From Lactobacillaceae bacterium (GTDB lineage Bacteria; Pseudomonadota; Alphaproteobacteria; RF32; CAG-239): 64,000 nucleotides of DNA. The notes under the pieces were generated by a model. That model was not told the DNA's origin. It made no database searches and saw only the letters and a list, made by a program, of their open reading frames with translations. Within the stretch, counting starts at the first letter, position 1. Every line of letters starts with the position of its first letter. A program made the position numbers and the translations under genes. The stretch lies in the NCBI GenBank assembly GCA_031271345.1, contig JAISVX010000002.1, forward strand, positions 44,832 to 108,831, written 5' to 3'. This document shows, in pieces, positions 46,720 through 56,099 of the stretch.

Positions 46720-47886
46720 TTATTTTACCTCTTCTTTACCAATTAAAGTATATTTAACTTTTTGACCATTGGTTACTTTTTGCAAACCTTGTATGATAAC
46801 ATTGTCTGTTTCGGCTAACCCGGATTTAACTACTTGCTTTTCGCCAATAGTATCTCCAAGCACCAAACGTTTTTGTTCGGCAACGCCGTCTTGGTTAACA
46901 GCGTAAACATAGTTTCCAACTTCGTCTTGCGCCAGTGCGATTTGAGGAATGAGCAGCGCCTTAACTTCTTCTTTTGGTCTTATTATAACTCTGACATAGC
47001 TTCCGGGTATCAAGAGCTGGTTTTCGTTTCCAAACTCGGCATATACGGCTAATGTAGCGGTTTCAGAGTTTATTTCATTGTCGTTAAATCTGGAAATAAA
47101 ATGATTATAAATTATAGAACCGTCGGGTAAAATCAACTCGGTTCTAAACTTTTCTGTTTTGTTTTCAATGTTTGCTCTCTTAAACGCAAGAAAGTCTTTG
47201 TCGGTCATTGAGAAGGAAACGCGTATAGGGTCCATCTGCACTATTCTGGCAAGCGTCTGGTTTGTCGCGGTGACAATGTTTCCTTCCGTAACCAGAGCCT
47301 TTCCGATATAGCCGGTTATCGGCGCTCTAACTTCGGTATATTCAAAATTTAATTTTGCCAGGTCTAAATTAGCCTTTGCCTGCTTAATATCAGCCTGAGC
47401 TTGCAGATACTTGCTTTCAGCCGTTTCTAAAGCTGCTTCTGACGCAAATTTTTGCTGGTTTAATGATTTTTGACGCTCATATTCTCTTGCAATCTGCTTT
47501 AATGCAGCCTGTGCTTTTGCAAGCTCTGCTTCGGCAAGGCTGAGGTTGGCTTTGTATTGGTCTTGGTCAATAGTAAACAAAACGTCGTTTTTGTTTACTA
47601 AGCTGCCTTCTTCAAAAGAAACTTTCACTATCGGTCCGGTAACCCTTGGTTTTATGTCGACGCTTTCAAGAGCTTCAACAATGCCGACAAAAGTCTTTGC
47701 CGGAGATATGTCCATAACCTCAACGCTTTGAATCAAAACGTAAGGATCTGGTCTCGCTCCCATTCCCATCGGCATTTGTGGAGATAATCTGGCTTTCAGA
47801 TACCATCCGCAAGCGACTAAAAAAGCGCAGATTAAAGTGTTTTTTATAATTGTTCTTTTTTGAATATTAGGTAACTTCATTATCAC
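46720..47886 (-). CDS. RND membrane fusion protein
   Basis: Lipoyl/hairpin architecture; PRVTG, EVRAPITG. Confidence 0.92.
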   Translation of the reverse strand: MIMKLPNIQKRTIIKNTLICAFLVACGWYLKARLSPQMPMGMGARPDPYVLIQSVEVMDISPAKTFVGIVEALESVDIKPRVTGPIVKVSFEEGSLVNKNDVLFTIDQDQYKANLSLAEAELAKAQAALKQIAREYERQKSLNQQKFASEAALETAESKYLQAQADIKQAKANLDLAKLNFEYTEVRAPITGYIGKALVTEGNIVTATNQTLARIVQMDPIRVSFSMTDKDFLAFKRANIENKTEKFRTELILPDGSIIYNHFISRFNDNEINSETATLAVYAEFGNENQLLIPGSYVRVIIRPKEEVKALLIPQIALAQDEVGNYVYAVNQDGVAEQKRLVLGDTIGEKQVVKSGLAETDNVIIQGLQKVTNGQKVKYTLIGKEEVK

Positions 47887-47979
47887 AAGTCCTTCTTGTT
47901 AAATTTATGCTCATACAACATAGCAAAAAAAGCTCAAAAAGAAAGTAAAATATTGTTACGATGGCAAAAAATTGTAAGT

Positions 47980-48702
47980 TTAGAACAAAAGTCCCTGTTG
48001 GTTGTTTCCGAGTGAAATTATCGCTTCTTTGATAATGGGTATTGAAACAGCCCTTTTCTTTGAAATTGAAATGCTGTCAATTTCAACTACAAGCCTTTTA
48101 ATATAAGCAAAAGAACGCTGGGCATTGTTGGTTATGTAATTAACGATTTCAGGAGAAACATTAAGCTGCCGATCGGAAAACAGCTTAATAATTAATGCTG
48201 AAAGCAAATCTCCATCCGGCTCTTTAATTTCAACGGCGGGAATACTGTTTAATCTTGACTGCAGGTCGGGAAGTTTAAAATCCATTCTTGCCGGCGGTTT
48301 TTTAGAGGTGAATAAAATGTATCCTCCTTCATTTTTATATAAATTATATAAATGAAATATGGCTTCTTCATTAATGTCTTCGCTTAAATTTTCAATAACC
48401 AGACATTTGTTTTCTTCCAAAAGACGATAAATGTTTTCAATTTTTATATCTTTTGCATGTATTTGAGGTATTTTATATGGAGAATTGGTTTTTTTATATA
48501 CATTTTCCATAAAAATATGCGCCAAATGTGTTTTTCCGCTTCCTTCATGACCATAAATACAAACGGCAAAATTTGCCCAGTTAGGCCATTCGTCAATAAT
48601 TTTAACCGCTTCTAAATTAGATTTTGCAACCAAAAAATCCTGCCGCTCATAAAACGGTTTGTGAGTAAATTCCATAGGAATTTGTTGAACTTTAGAAATC
48701 AT
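47980..48702 (-). CDS. hdaA: DnaA regulatory inactivator HdaA
   Basis: Clamp-binding-like QIPMEF, GSGKTHLA, LPDLQSRL. Confidence 0.85.
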   Translation of the reverse strand: MISKVQQIPMEFTHKPFYERQDFLVAKSNLEAVKIIDEWPNWANFAVCIYGHEGSGKTHLAHIFMENVYKKTNSPYKIPQIHAKDIKIENIYRLLEENKCLVIENLSEDINEEAIFHLYNLYKNEGGYILFTSKKPPARMDFKLPDLQSRLNSIPAVEIKEPDGDLLSALIIKLFSDRQLNVSPEIVNYITNNAQRSFAYIKRLVVEIDSISISKKRAVSIPIIKEAIISLGNNQQGLLF

Positions 48703-48710
48703 GCCGCCCC

Positions 48711-51314
48711 TTAATCAGAATTTAGTATCTCAAAAACTTTTTTATTTAAATCGCCAAGACTGAAAGGCTTGGCCATAAATTCGAAATTGTCGCTGTTTGA
48801 CAGCTCTCTTTTTGCCATTTCTTCAGAATATCCGGATGCTAAAATCACTTTCAACCCTTTAATGCGGGCTTTTGCAATATTCGCCAGTTCTGCGCCGTTC
48901 ATACCGGGCATAACCATATCGGTTATGAGCAGGTTAAAATTATCATTAATATCAAGCTGCTCCAAAGCTGTTTCCGCGCTGTCGCAGGCAACGACATCAT
49001 ATCCTTTTTTCTTTAATGCCCTGATTGCGAAAGACCGAACAGAGTCTTCGTCCTCAACAAAGAGAATTCTTATTTTTGCCGCGTCAAAATCTTTACTGAT
49101 GTCTCTTTTATCAATCGTTGAAACATTCAAACCTAAAATAACCTTTTGGCTTAAGTTGGCATTTGGCGTAATCTTTTCTTTAACGGTAAGAGCAGCGGAG
49201 CCTTCTTTATGTTCGGGCTTCAACTCCTGCTCGTCGCTTTGCTCATATCTTGGAAGATAGATGGAAAATGTCGTGCCTTCGCCGATTTTGCTCTTGACCT
49301 TGATAAAACCTCCTGTCTGGCGGACAATTCCATAAACCATGGAAAGTCCGAGACCTGTTCCAGAGCCGACAATGTTTTGTTTGGTCGAGAAGAACGGCTC
49401 GAAAATCCTGTTGATGTTTTCAGGAGCTATTCCGCTTCCGTTATCGCTTACATTAATCACGACAAACTCGCCTGGTCTTATTATGTCTTCGCCAAACTGA
49501 TATTCGCTTTTCAGGTTTTCAACATTGGTTGCTATGCTTATTTTTCCAGATGTACCCATAGCATCTTTAGCATTAACCGCCAAATTAATTATTACCTGCG
49601 AAAACTGAACGGGGTCAACTTTTATAAACCCGAGGTTATCGCTGTGGTGGAATGCGACGTTTATATTTTCGCCCAATATTCTTTTCAACATGTGGTTGAT
49701 TTCTAAAAAGTTTTCCGCGACGTCAATCAGTTTAGGCTTCAAAGGCTGTTTTCTTGAAAAAGCCAAAAGCTGTCTGACCAAGCCTGCGGCTCTATTTGCA
49801 TTTTGCTTTATCTGAATAAGGTCTGCAAAAGAAGGGTCGCCGACGCCGTGCCTTTGCAGCAATAAATCGCAAAAGCCAATCATCGCGGTTAGAAGATTGT
49901 TGAAATCATGTGCGATTCCACCGGCAAGCTGTCCCATTGCCTGCATTTTCTGAGCCTGAGCAAACTGCATTTCCAAATCTTTTTGTTTGGTCGCGTCGGT
50001 TAAATATAAAACCCAGCCGTTATAATCTTCGTTTTTAGAGTTTTTGGTATCCTGCATAGGGATAATATAGATATAGGCAACCTTCTCCAGGCCGTCGGTA
50101 TTTATTGTTATGTCGGTTTCTTTTTTATCGTTTTTAATGTCGATTATTTCATGAAGCTTTTTAAAATCTTCCTTATTGATAAACGATTTTAAGTCTTTTC
50201 CCTCAACGTCTTTGCCAAAAAAGTTTTTCGCCGCTTCGTTTGTTTTTACTATGGAAAAGCTTTTGTTGATAAATAACGTTCCTGTCGGAGAGTTGTCAAA
50301 CAGCCAGCGGACTTTATTCAAAACTACGTCAAGCTTGTCCTGCAGTTCTTTTTCCGTCGGAAGATTTTCCGCAACAATCGCGCGGATTTTTATCTGACCT
50401 TTTTGCCGGAAACTTTCTTGAGAAACATAACAGCTTAAAGCCTCGTTATTGCCGTTAAATATTAATCTGCCTTTCCATGCAGAACTTTTTGCCGGAATTT
50501 CTGAGCCTTTGCTTAACAGTTCCTTTAAGTTTCTGCCGATTAGCTTTTCTCTTTCTATGGATATAAGTTTTGCAAAAGCAAAGTTGGCATATTCAATGTC
50601 ATAGCTGCCGTTGCAAATATATAATCCAGCGGGAAGATAGTCTAAGGTGTCATGCAGGGCGTTTAGTTCTTCCTGAAGAATTGCGTCAATATCTTTTTTT
50701 GCCGTAATATTTGCCATTGTCCAGAAGATATACGTATCTTTGCGTATTTTTTCCACGGAAAACGGACGCTCGAATATATTGGTTTTTTTTAGGAATATCG
50801 GCTGAACAGAAATCTCGAACCATTCCTCATTTTCAAAAACCGTCTTATTGTCTTTGGTTAAATTGAAAGATAAGTTTACCGAGCCAGACAATAAATTTTC
50901 AATTAGATTTTCTAAGTTTTGAAACTCCAGCTTATTTGAAGGGTTGGATGATAAATTGTTTTTTATAAAATCTAAAATATTTTGGTCTTTTAAAAATTCT
51001 CTTGAAGCATTGTTTTGAATTACCGGCTCGCTGGAAGAGTTATCAATCCTTTTTATTTTATTGTCGTTTTTAAGGATTTCGTTGGCGAACCCTCCGTAGC
51101 TTATAGCTTCTTCGCCAGCCTTGATGGTTTTTATGCTGAAATATATGGAGGCTATAAGAATTATAAGAACTATTAAGATGAGCATTGAGAAGTTTTCTGG
51201 ATATATGAAGAATAAAATTATAGAAACAGCCAATGCTACCAGCGAATATGACATCGCCAGCAGCATTTTATTTAAGTATTTATCAGGTCTTTTATTCTCA
51301 ATCTTTAACATCAA
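48711..51314 (-). CDS. cckA: hybrid histidine kinase CckA
   Basis: 2 TM helices, PAS domains, QAQKMQAMGQLAGGIAHDFNNLLTA, GDPSFAD, C-terminal receiver. Confidence 0.9.
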   Translation of the reverse strand: MMLKIENKRPDKYLNKMLLAMSYSLVALAVSIILFFIYPENFSMLILIVLIILIASIYFSIKTIKAGEEAISYGGFANEILKNDNKIKRIDNSSSEPVIQNNASREFLKDQNILDFIKNNLSSNPSNKLEFQNLENLIENLLSGSVNLSFNLTKDNKTVFENEEWFEISVQPIFLKKTNIFERPFSVEKIRKDTYIFWTMANITAKKDIDAILQEELNALHDTLDYLPAGLYICNGSYDIEYANFAFAKLISIEREKLIGRNLKELLSKGSEIPAKSSAWKGRLIFNGNNEALSCYVSQESFRQKGQIKIRAIVAENLPTEKELQDKLDVVLNKVRWLFDNSPTGTLFINKSFSIVKTNEAAKNFFGKDVEGKDLKSFINKEDFKKLHEIIDIKNDKKETDITINTDGLEKVAYIYIIPMQDTKNSKNEDYNGWVLYLTDATKQKDLEMQFAQAQKMQAMGQLAGGIAHDFNNLLTAMIGFCDLLLQRHGVGDPSFADLIQIKQNANRAAGLVRQLLAFSRKQPLKPKLIDVAENFLEINHMLKRILGENINVAFHHSDNLGFIKVDPVQFSQVIINLAVNAKDAMGTSGKISIATNVENLKSEYQFGEDIIRPGEFVVINVSDNGSGIAPENINRIFEPFFSTKQNIVGSGTGLGLSMVYGIVRQTGGFIKVKSKIGEGTTFSIYLPRYEQSDEQELKPEHKEGSAALTVKEKITPNANLSQKVILGLNVSTIDKRDISKDFDAAKIRILFVEDEDSVRSFAIRALKKKGYDVVACDSAETALEQLDINDNFNLLITDMVMPGMNGAELANIAKARIKGLKVILASGYSEEMAKRELSNSDNFEFMAKPFSLGDLNKKVFEILNSD

Positions 51315-51320
51315 ACAACC

Positions 51321-52940
51321 CTATGTCATTACATCCGCTTTTTCTTTGCCTGTTCTTGCCGCGACCTCCGCGATGTCTGTCGCTATTTTTGCCAAACCGC
51401 CGACCATCTTCATCGGCTCTTCTTTTATGTTGGATTTTTCATATTTTTCAACATAAATTCTTAAGGTCGCTCCGACCGAACCTGTTCCGGAAAGCCTGTA
51501 AACAATGCGGGAACCATCCGAAAATGTTATGACATAACCATCCTGTGTTACGCTGTTATCTACTGGGTCGTTATATACGAAAGACCGGGCATTGTCTATT
51601 TTGTATTCTCCAAAGGTCTTGCCTTCTAGTGATGGAAGCTTGTTTTTCAAGTTTTCAATCAAGTCGTTTGCAACCTTGGTGTCTATTTCTTCAAAATCAA
51701 AACGCATATAATAGCTGCGACCGTATTTAGTCCAGTGAAGGTTCATAATTTCTTCAACGGATTTTCCTGTCGCGGCAATTATGTTCAGCCAGAAAAGAAT
51801 TGCCCAAATGCCGTCTTTCTCTCTTATATGGTTAGAGCCGGCGCCAAAGCTTTCTTCTCCGCAGAAGGTAATGCGGTTTGAGTCCATTAAGTTTACAAAA
51901 AACTTCCAGCCAGTCGGAGTTTCATAATATCCGATTTTATGTTCTTTCGCTACTCGGCTTACAGCTGTGGAAGTAGCGGCGGATTTCGCCGCGCCGAAGA
52001 TGCCTGATTTATAGCCCGGAATGAGTTTATAGTTATCGGTTAAAACAGCCAAACTGTCGCTTGGGGTAACAAAAAAGTTCGAACCCAAAATCATGTAGCG
52101 GTCGCCGTCGCCATCTGTTGCCGCGCCAAAATCCGGAGCATTTTTACCGTTCATGATGTCAAGAAGCTCTTTGGCATATTTTAAGTTTGGGTCTGGATGA
52201 AGCCCGCCAAAATCTGGAAGAGGAACGGCATTAATAACTGTTCCCTCCTCGGCGCCAAGAATTTCTTCAAATATCTTTTTCGCATAAGGACCAGTAACCG
52301 CGTTCATTGAATCAAACTTAATCTTAAAGCCGTTTTTGATTAATTTTTGAATTGCCGGAAAATCAAACAGCCCCATAACCATTTTCACGTAGTCTTTGAT
52401 TGGGTCGACTATCTCAATTTTCATATCGCCGTATTTAACCGTACCGATTTTGGATAAATCAACACTGCCATTGTCAAATATGGTATATTGGGCAATTGTT
52501 TTGGTGTTTTTATAAATCTCATCCGTAACTTGCTGCGGAGCCTGTCCGCCGGAACTGTTCGAATATTTAATCCCTGCATCTCCATTCGGTCCGCCGGGGT
52601 TGTGAGAAGCGCTTAAAATAAAGCCGCCGTCGGTCTTGTTTTCAATAATTAGTTTTGAAGCAGCCGGCGTAGATAAAATGCCGTTCTGTCCGATAATTAA
52701 TTTTGCCGCGCCGTTTCCCGCCGCCAGTTTTATTATTTTTTGAATAACAATATCATTAAAATAACGACCGTCGCCGCCGACAATATAAGTCTTTCCTTTA
52801 ACTCCGCCGATACTGTTGAAAATACTCTGCACGAAGTTTTCGACATAATTTGGCTGTTCCCAAACTTTAGATTTTTTTCTTAATCCCGCAGTCCCCATTT
52901 TTTGGTCATCATAAGGGGCTGTTTTAATCGTTTTAAGCAT
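51321..52940 (-). CDS. pgm: phosphoglucomutase
   Basis: SASHNPGG, DGDGDR, CGEESFG, RLSGTG. Confidence 0.95.
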   Translation of the reverse strand: MLKTIKTAPYDDQKMGTAGLRKKSKVWEQPNYVENFVQSIFNSIGGVKGKTYIVGGDGRYFNDIVIQKIIKLAAGNGAAKLIIGQNGILSTPAASKLIIENKTDGGFILSASHNPGGPNGDAGIKYSNSSGGQAPQQVTDEIYKNTKTIAQYTIFDNGSVDLSKIGTVKYGDMKIEIVDPIKDYVKMVMGLFDFPAIQKLIKNGFKIKFDSMNAVTGPYAKKIFEEILGAEEGTVINAVPLPDFGGLHPDPNLKYAKELLDIMNGKNAPDFGAATDGDGDRYMILGSNFFVTPSDSLAVLTDNYKLIPGYKSGIFGAAKSAATSTAVSRVAKEHKIGYYETPTGWKFFVNLMDSNRITFCGEESFGAGSNHIREKDGIWAILFWLNIIAATGKSVEEIMNLHWTKYGRSYYMRFDFEEIDTKVANDLIENLKNKLPSLEGKTFGEYKIDNARSFVYNDPVDNSVTQDGYVITFSDGSRIVYRLSGTGSVGATLRIYVEKYEKSNIKEEPMKMVGGLAKIATDIAEVAARTGKEKADVMT

Positions 52941-53011
52941 AATTAAACCTTTCTAATAATTGAACTTTAAAAGATGCGGCAATTTTAACATTTATATTAA
53001 TAAACTCAAGC

Positions 53012-53554
53012 TTATTTAGCTAAAGCTTCATAAGATTTTTTTATCATGGTTAAAAAATATGGGTTTATAATTTTCTTATTATCATAAAACGTTTTCAGGG
53101 TATTATACTTTTTTTCCATAATTTCTTTTATATTGCTTAAGTTAAGTTCGTATCCGGCTATTCCCAAAACTTTTAGCGCCTTCAGCTCTGTGTAAGTGCC
53201 GGCAAACTTTTTATCCAGAGTTTCCTGTTCTTTTATTTTGCGGTTAATGATTTTTAAAAACAGCGGATTAAGTAACGATTTTTCTTTTTCCAAAAAGTTT
53301 TTAAGAAAATATAAATAAATAATGTATGCGGATATTATAATCGTTGCGGTAAGAAATATAAAAGATGAGACAATGTCTTTGGATACCATTTTTCCATAAA
53401 CAATAAAAAACAGCAGCCCCCATGCAACATTGAAAACAGACCTTGTCGGATAAAGAAAATAGCTTGAGTTTTCATTTTTTATAAGAAAAGAAACTATTGC
53501 CGTAACATATAAAATTATGGCGCCGGCAAATACAAAAATACTGAATATTTCCAT
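53012..53554 (-). CDS. membrane protein with degenerate J-domain-like C-terminus
   Basis: 3 TM helices, then ALKVLGI...YNTL...IKKSYEAL without HPD; position after mipZ. Confidence 0.5.
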   Translation of the reverse strand: MEIFSIFVFAGAIILYVTAIVSFLIKNENSSYFLYPTRSVFNVAWGLLFFIVYGKMVSKDIVSSFIFLTATIIISAYIIYLYFLKNFLEKEKSLLNPLFLKIINRKIKEQETLDKKFAGTYTELKALKVLGIAGYELNLSNIKEIMEKKYNTLKTFYDNKKIINPYFLTMIKKSYEALAK

Positions 53555-53556
53555 TG

Positions 53557-54363
53557 TTATTCTCCAGAGTCAGCGGAAATAAGCTCTGCAAGTTTTCTAA
53601 TTTCTCTTTTTGCGGCAATGTGGGAAATGCTCATCTTCATTTTCAGTCTGTCGTTGTTCATATCAAGAATAGTCAAGCCGTCTAAAAACAGCTCTTTATA
53701 TATCGCCCTGTCTTTTATGCCGAAAAACAACTTAAATCCATATAGTTTTGACAGTCTTTCAAGATATTCCATAACTTTGGTTTTGTTTTTAGAGTTAAAA
53801 GAAGAAATCCTGTTGCCGGCAACGACCCAGTTCAGATAAGGCTTGTTTCTTGCCGCTAAATATTTTTTAACGTCCCATATATGGTTGGCATAATGCCCCG
53901 GCTTGCCGATTTTTTTAGTGTTAAAATCAATGTCGGCCATCACGTTTAAGTCAAGCAGACTATCGGAAATCGGCGTAATAAGAGTGTCGGCATATTTATG
54001 AGCTTCATCAAACAAATAGTTTTTTGTGCCTGGGGTGTCGATGATTATGGCATCATATTTTTTCGCCAAATCTTTAATATGTCTTCCTATAAGCTCGGGA
54101 TTGCTGCCGTCTTCATCATCGATAGAAAAAGATAAGTGATAGGAAATCGGCAGGTTTATATAGCTTTTTTGATTATATTTTTTGCGGTTTTCGATATATT
54201 TCGTAAATGTGCCTTGGCGTCCATCCATATCAATGGTAGCCACGTTATATCCTTCGTATAAAAGAAGAGTAGCCAAATGCATTGAAATCGTGGATTTTCC
54301 TGTTCCGCCTTTTTCGTTGCTGACAACAATTATATGGGCTTTTTTAGTTCTGTTTTCACTCAT
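53557..54363 (-). CDS. mipZ: division plane positioning ATPase MipZ
   Basis: NEKGGTGKST, DMDGRQ, IDTPG, ADTLITP..DS..D, R.IYKELF..GLT. Confidence 0.92.
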   Translation of the reverse strand: MSENRTKKAHIIVVSNEKGGTGKSTISMHLATLLLYEGYNVATIDMDGRQGTFTKYIENRKKYNQKSYINLPISYHLSFSIDDEDGSNPELIGRHIKDLAKKYDAIIIDTPGTKNYLFDEAHKYADTLITPISDSLLDLNVMADIDFNTKKIGKPGHYANHIWDVKKYLAARNKPYLNWVVAGNRISSFNSKNKTKVMEYLERLSKLYGFKLFFGIKDRAIYKELFLDGLTILDMNNDRLKMKMSISHIAAKREIRKLAELISADSGE

Positions 54364-55576
54364 TGTTTTGATATGCTAGATAAAGTTGTTTACTTGCGGT
54401 AACCATACAAGATTTGTTGGATTTTTTCAAACCATTACAAAAGTTATTAGCATCTTCTTTTGAAAAACCGACGATTTTTGGGTTATATACCAGAGCGGCG
54501 TTGACTTCTTCTATTTCTACTTCTATTTTTTTATCCGCGGCGTTTTTTAAGTTTTGTTTTTGAATGCTTTTCGCATAATTTTTTGCTTTGGCATAGTTGG
54601 AAAAAGAACCTATTTTTACATCCCATAAAGCGGTATTAATATTTTCTTCTTCAATTGCGGCGTTGTCAGCAATGACAGTTTCTTCAAGCTTTGAGCTTTG
54701 CGCAAGCATAACTTGTTCGTAGTCGGGCTTTGGAGTCAAGATTATCTCGGCAAGCATTGTTTCTTTATCTTTTATTCCCGCCAGCTCGTTTAATGATTTG
54801 TCCATCATCGCAATTACTTTTTTGTCCCTGTTATTTTGAGTGTCGTGTCCCATTGTAACGGCGATAACTCTTTTTCCATCTCTTTGAGCGGAAGTCGCGA
54901 TATTGTATCCGGCTGCTGCTGTAAAACCGGTTTTAAGACCGTCGGATTCTTCAAATTTTTTCAAGGCGGTGTTGTGGGTTTTGTGGGTCAACCCATTGTA
55001 AGTAAAAGTTCTTAGCGAAAACAATTCGTAATATTGGGGAAAATGGTTATGAAGAGCCGCGGCTAATACAGCCATGTCTTTCGCGGTTGTTTTTTGTTTT
55101 CTGTTCGGCAGGCCTGAAGCGTTTTTAAATGTTGTATTTTTCATTCCCAGTTCTTGAGCGACGGTTGTCATCGCTTCGGCAAACTTTGCCTCATCTTTTC
55201 CAATTCCTTCGGCTAACACGGTAGCGCAGTCATTTGCAGATTTTACAATCAGAGCCTTGATGGCGTCTTCAACTTTAATCTTTGAACCTGGTTTTAACCC
55301 AAGTCTTGAAGGCGAGCGGTTTGCGGCGGTTCGAGATACCGTAAGCTCATCGTCAATCCCTATGCTTCCGTTTTCAATGGCGGTAAAGGCGATGTATAAT
55401 GTCATCATTTTTGTGAGCGAGGCGGGGTATCTTAATTCGTCGGCATTATCTTCGAGCAAAACCTCTCCTGTTTCAATATCAAGAACAATTGAAGAGATTG
55501 TTCGGGCTTCTGCATTGTTGATGAAACAAAAGCCGATTATAAGAATTAATGAAAATATCCTGCTTAAACTGCTCAT
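54356..55576 (-). CDS. D-Ala-D-Ala carboxypeptidase (S11) with C-terminal SPOR-like domain
   Basis: SLTK, SAN and KTG motifs; WDVKIGSF...A..FC..LK....C SPOR-like tail. Confidence 0.9.
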   Translation of the reverse strand: MSSLSRIFSLILIIGFCFINNAEARTISSIVLDIETGEVLLEDNADELRYPASLTKMMTLYIAFTAIENGSIGIDDELTVSRTAANRSPSRLGLKPGSKIKVEDAIKALIVKSANDCATVLAEGIGKDEAKFAEAMTTVAQELGMKNTTFKNASGLPNRKQKTTAKDMAVLAAALHNHFPQYYELFSLRTFTYNGLTHKTHNTALKKFEESDGLKTGFTAAAGYNIATSAQRDGKRVIAVTMGHDTQNNRDKKVIAMMDKSLNELAGIKDKETMLAEIILTPKPDYEQVMLAQSSKLEETVIADNAAIEEENINTALWDVKIGSFSNYAKAKNYAKSIQKQNLKNAADKKIEVEIEEVNAALVYNPKIVGFSKEDANNFCNGLKKSNKSCMVTASKQLYLAYQNNE

Positions 55577-55709
55577 ATCTTTCCTTATGATGGATTTTCT
55601 TTGTAAATATTAATTCTAATACTCAAAAGAAAACAAAAAGTTAAGAAAAGAATTATTATAAAAATTATCTTGACTTTATGTTATATTATTTGTAATAAAC
55701 CAGTGTTAC

Positions 55710-55786
55710 GGCGGAAGTAGCTCAGTTGGTAGAGCCCTGGTTTGTGGTACCAGTTGTCGCGGGTTCGAGCCCCGTCTTTCGCCCCA
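55710..55786 (+). tRNA. tRNA-His(GTG) with encoded G-1 and C73
   Basis: G + GCGGAAG/CTTTCGC acceptor, CTGGT-TTGTGGT-ACCAG anticodon arm, GGTTCGAG, CCA. Confidence 0.96.
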
Positions 55787-55995
55787 TTAAAAAGCTCACC
55801 TTTACGGTGAGTTTTTTAATGGGGCGAAAGCCAATCAGACTTCGCGTAAGCCTGTCTTCTTGGAATGGGCTGCACAATAATTTCTAAGTTCATTTCAGTT
55901 GCTGCCGTTTTCTTCATTTACTAAGAATTTATTGCTCTTGCAGACAAAAAATTGACTGATTCAAATTTTTACTTGGCGAGCTTCTTTCGCCAATA
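55776..55995. repeat. tRNA-anchored multi-hairpin element, copy 2
   Basis: 25-bp stem 55776-55830 including tRNA 3' end; hairpin 55831-55863; conserved core 55879-55930; further hairpins to about 55995. Confidence 0.65.
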
Positions 55996-56099
55996 AATCA
56001 ATATGGAAGCGATAAGTTTTATCTGGACAATAGTTCAGTTTGGTGCTATTTGTAGCACTAACAAATTGAATTATAATGTAAATTAAAAAAACAAATTAT

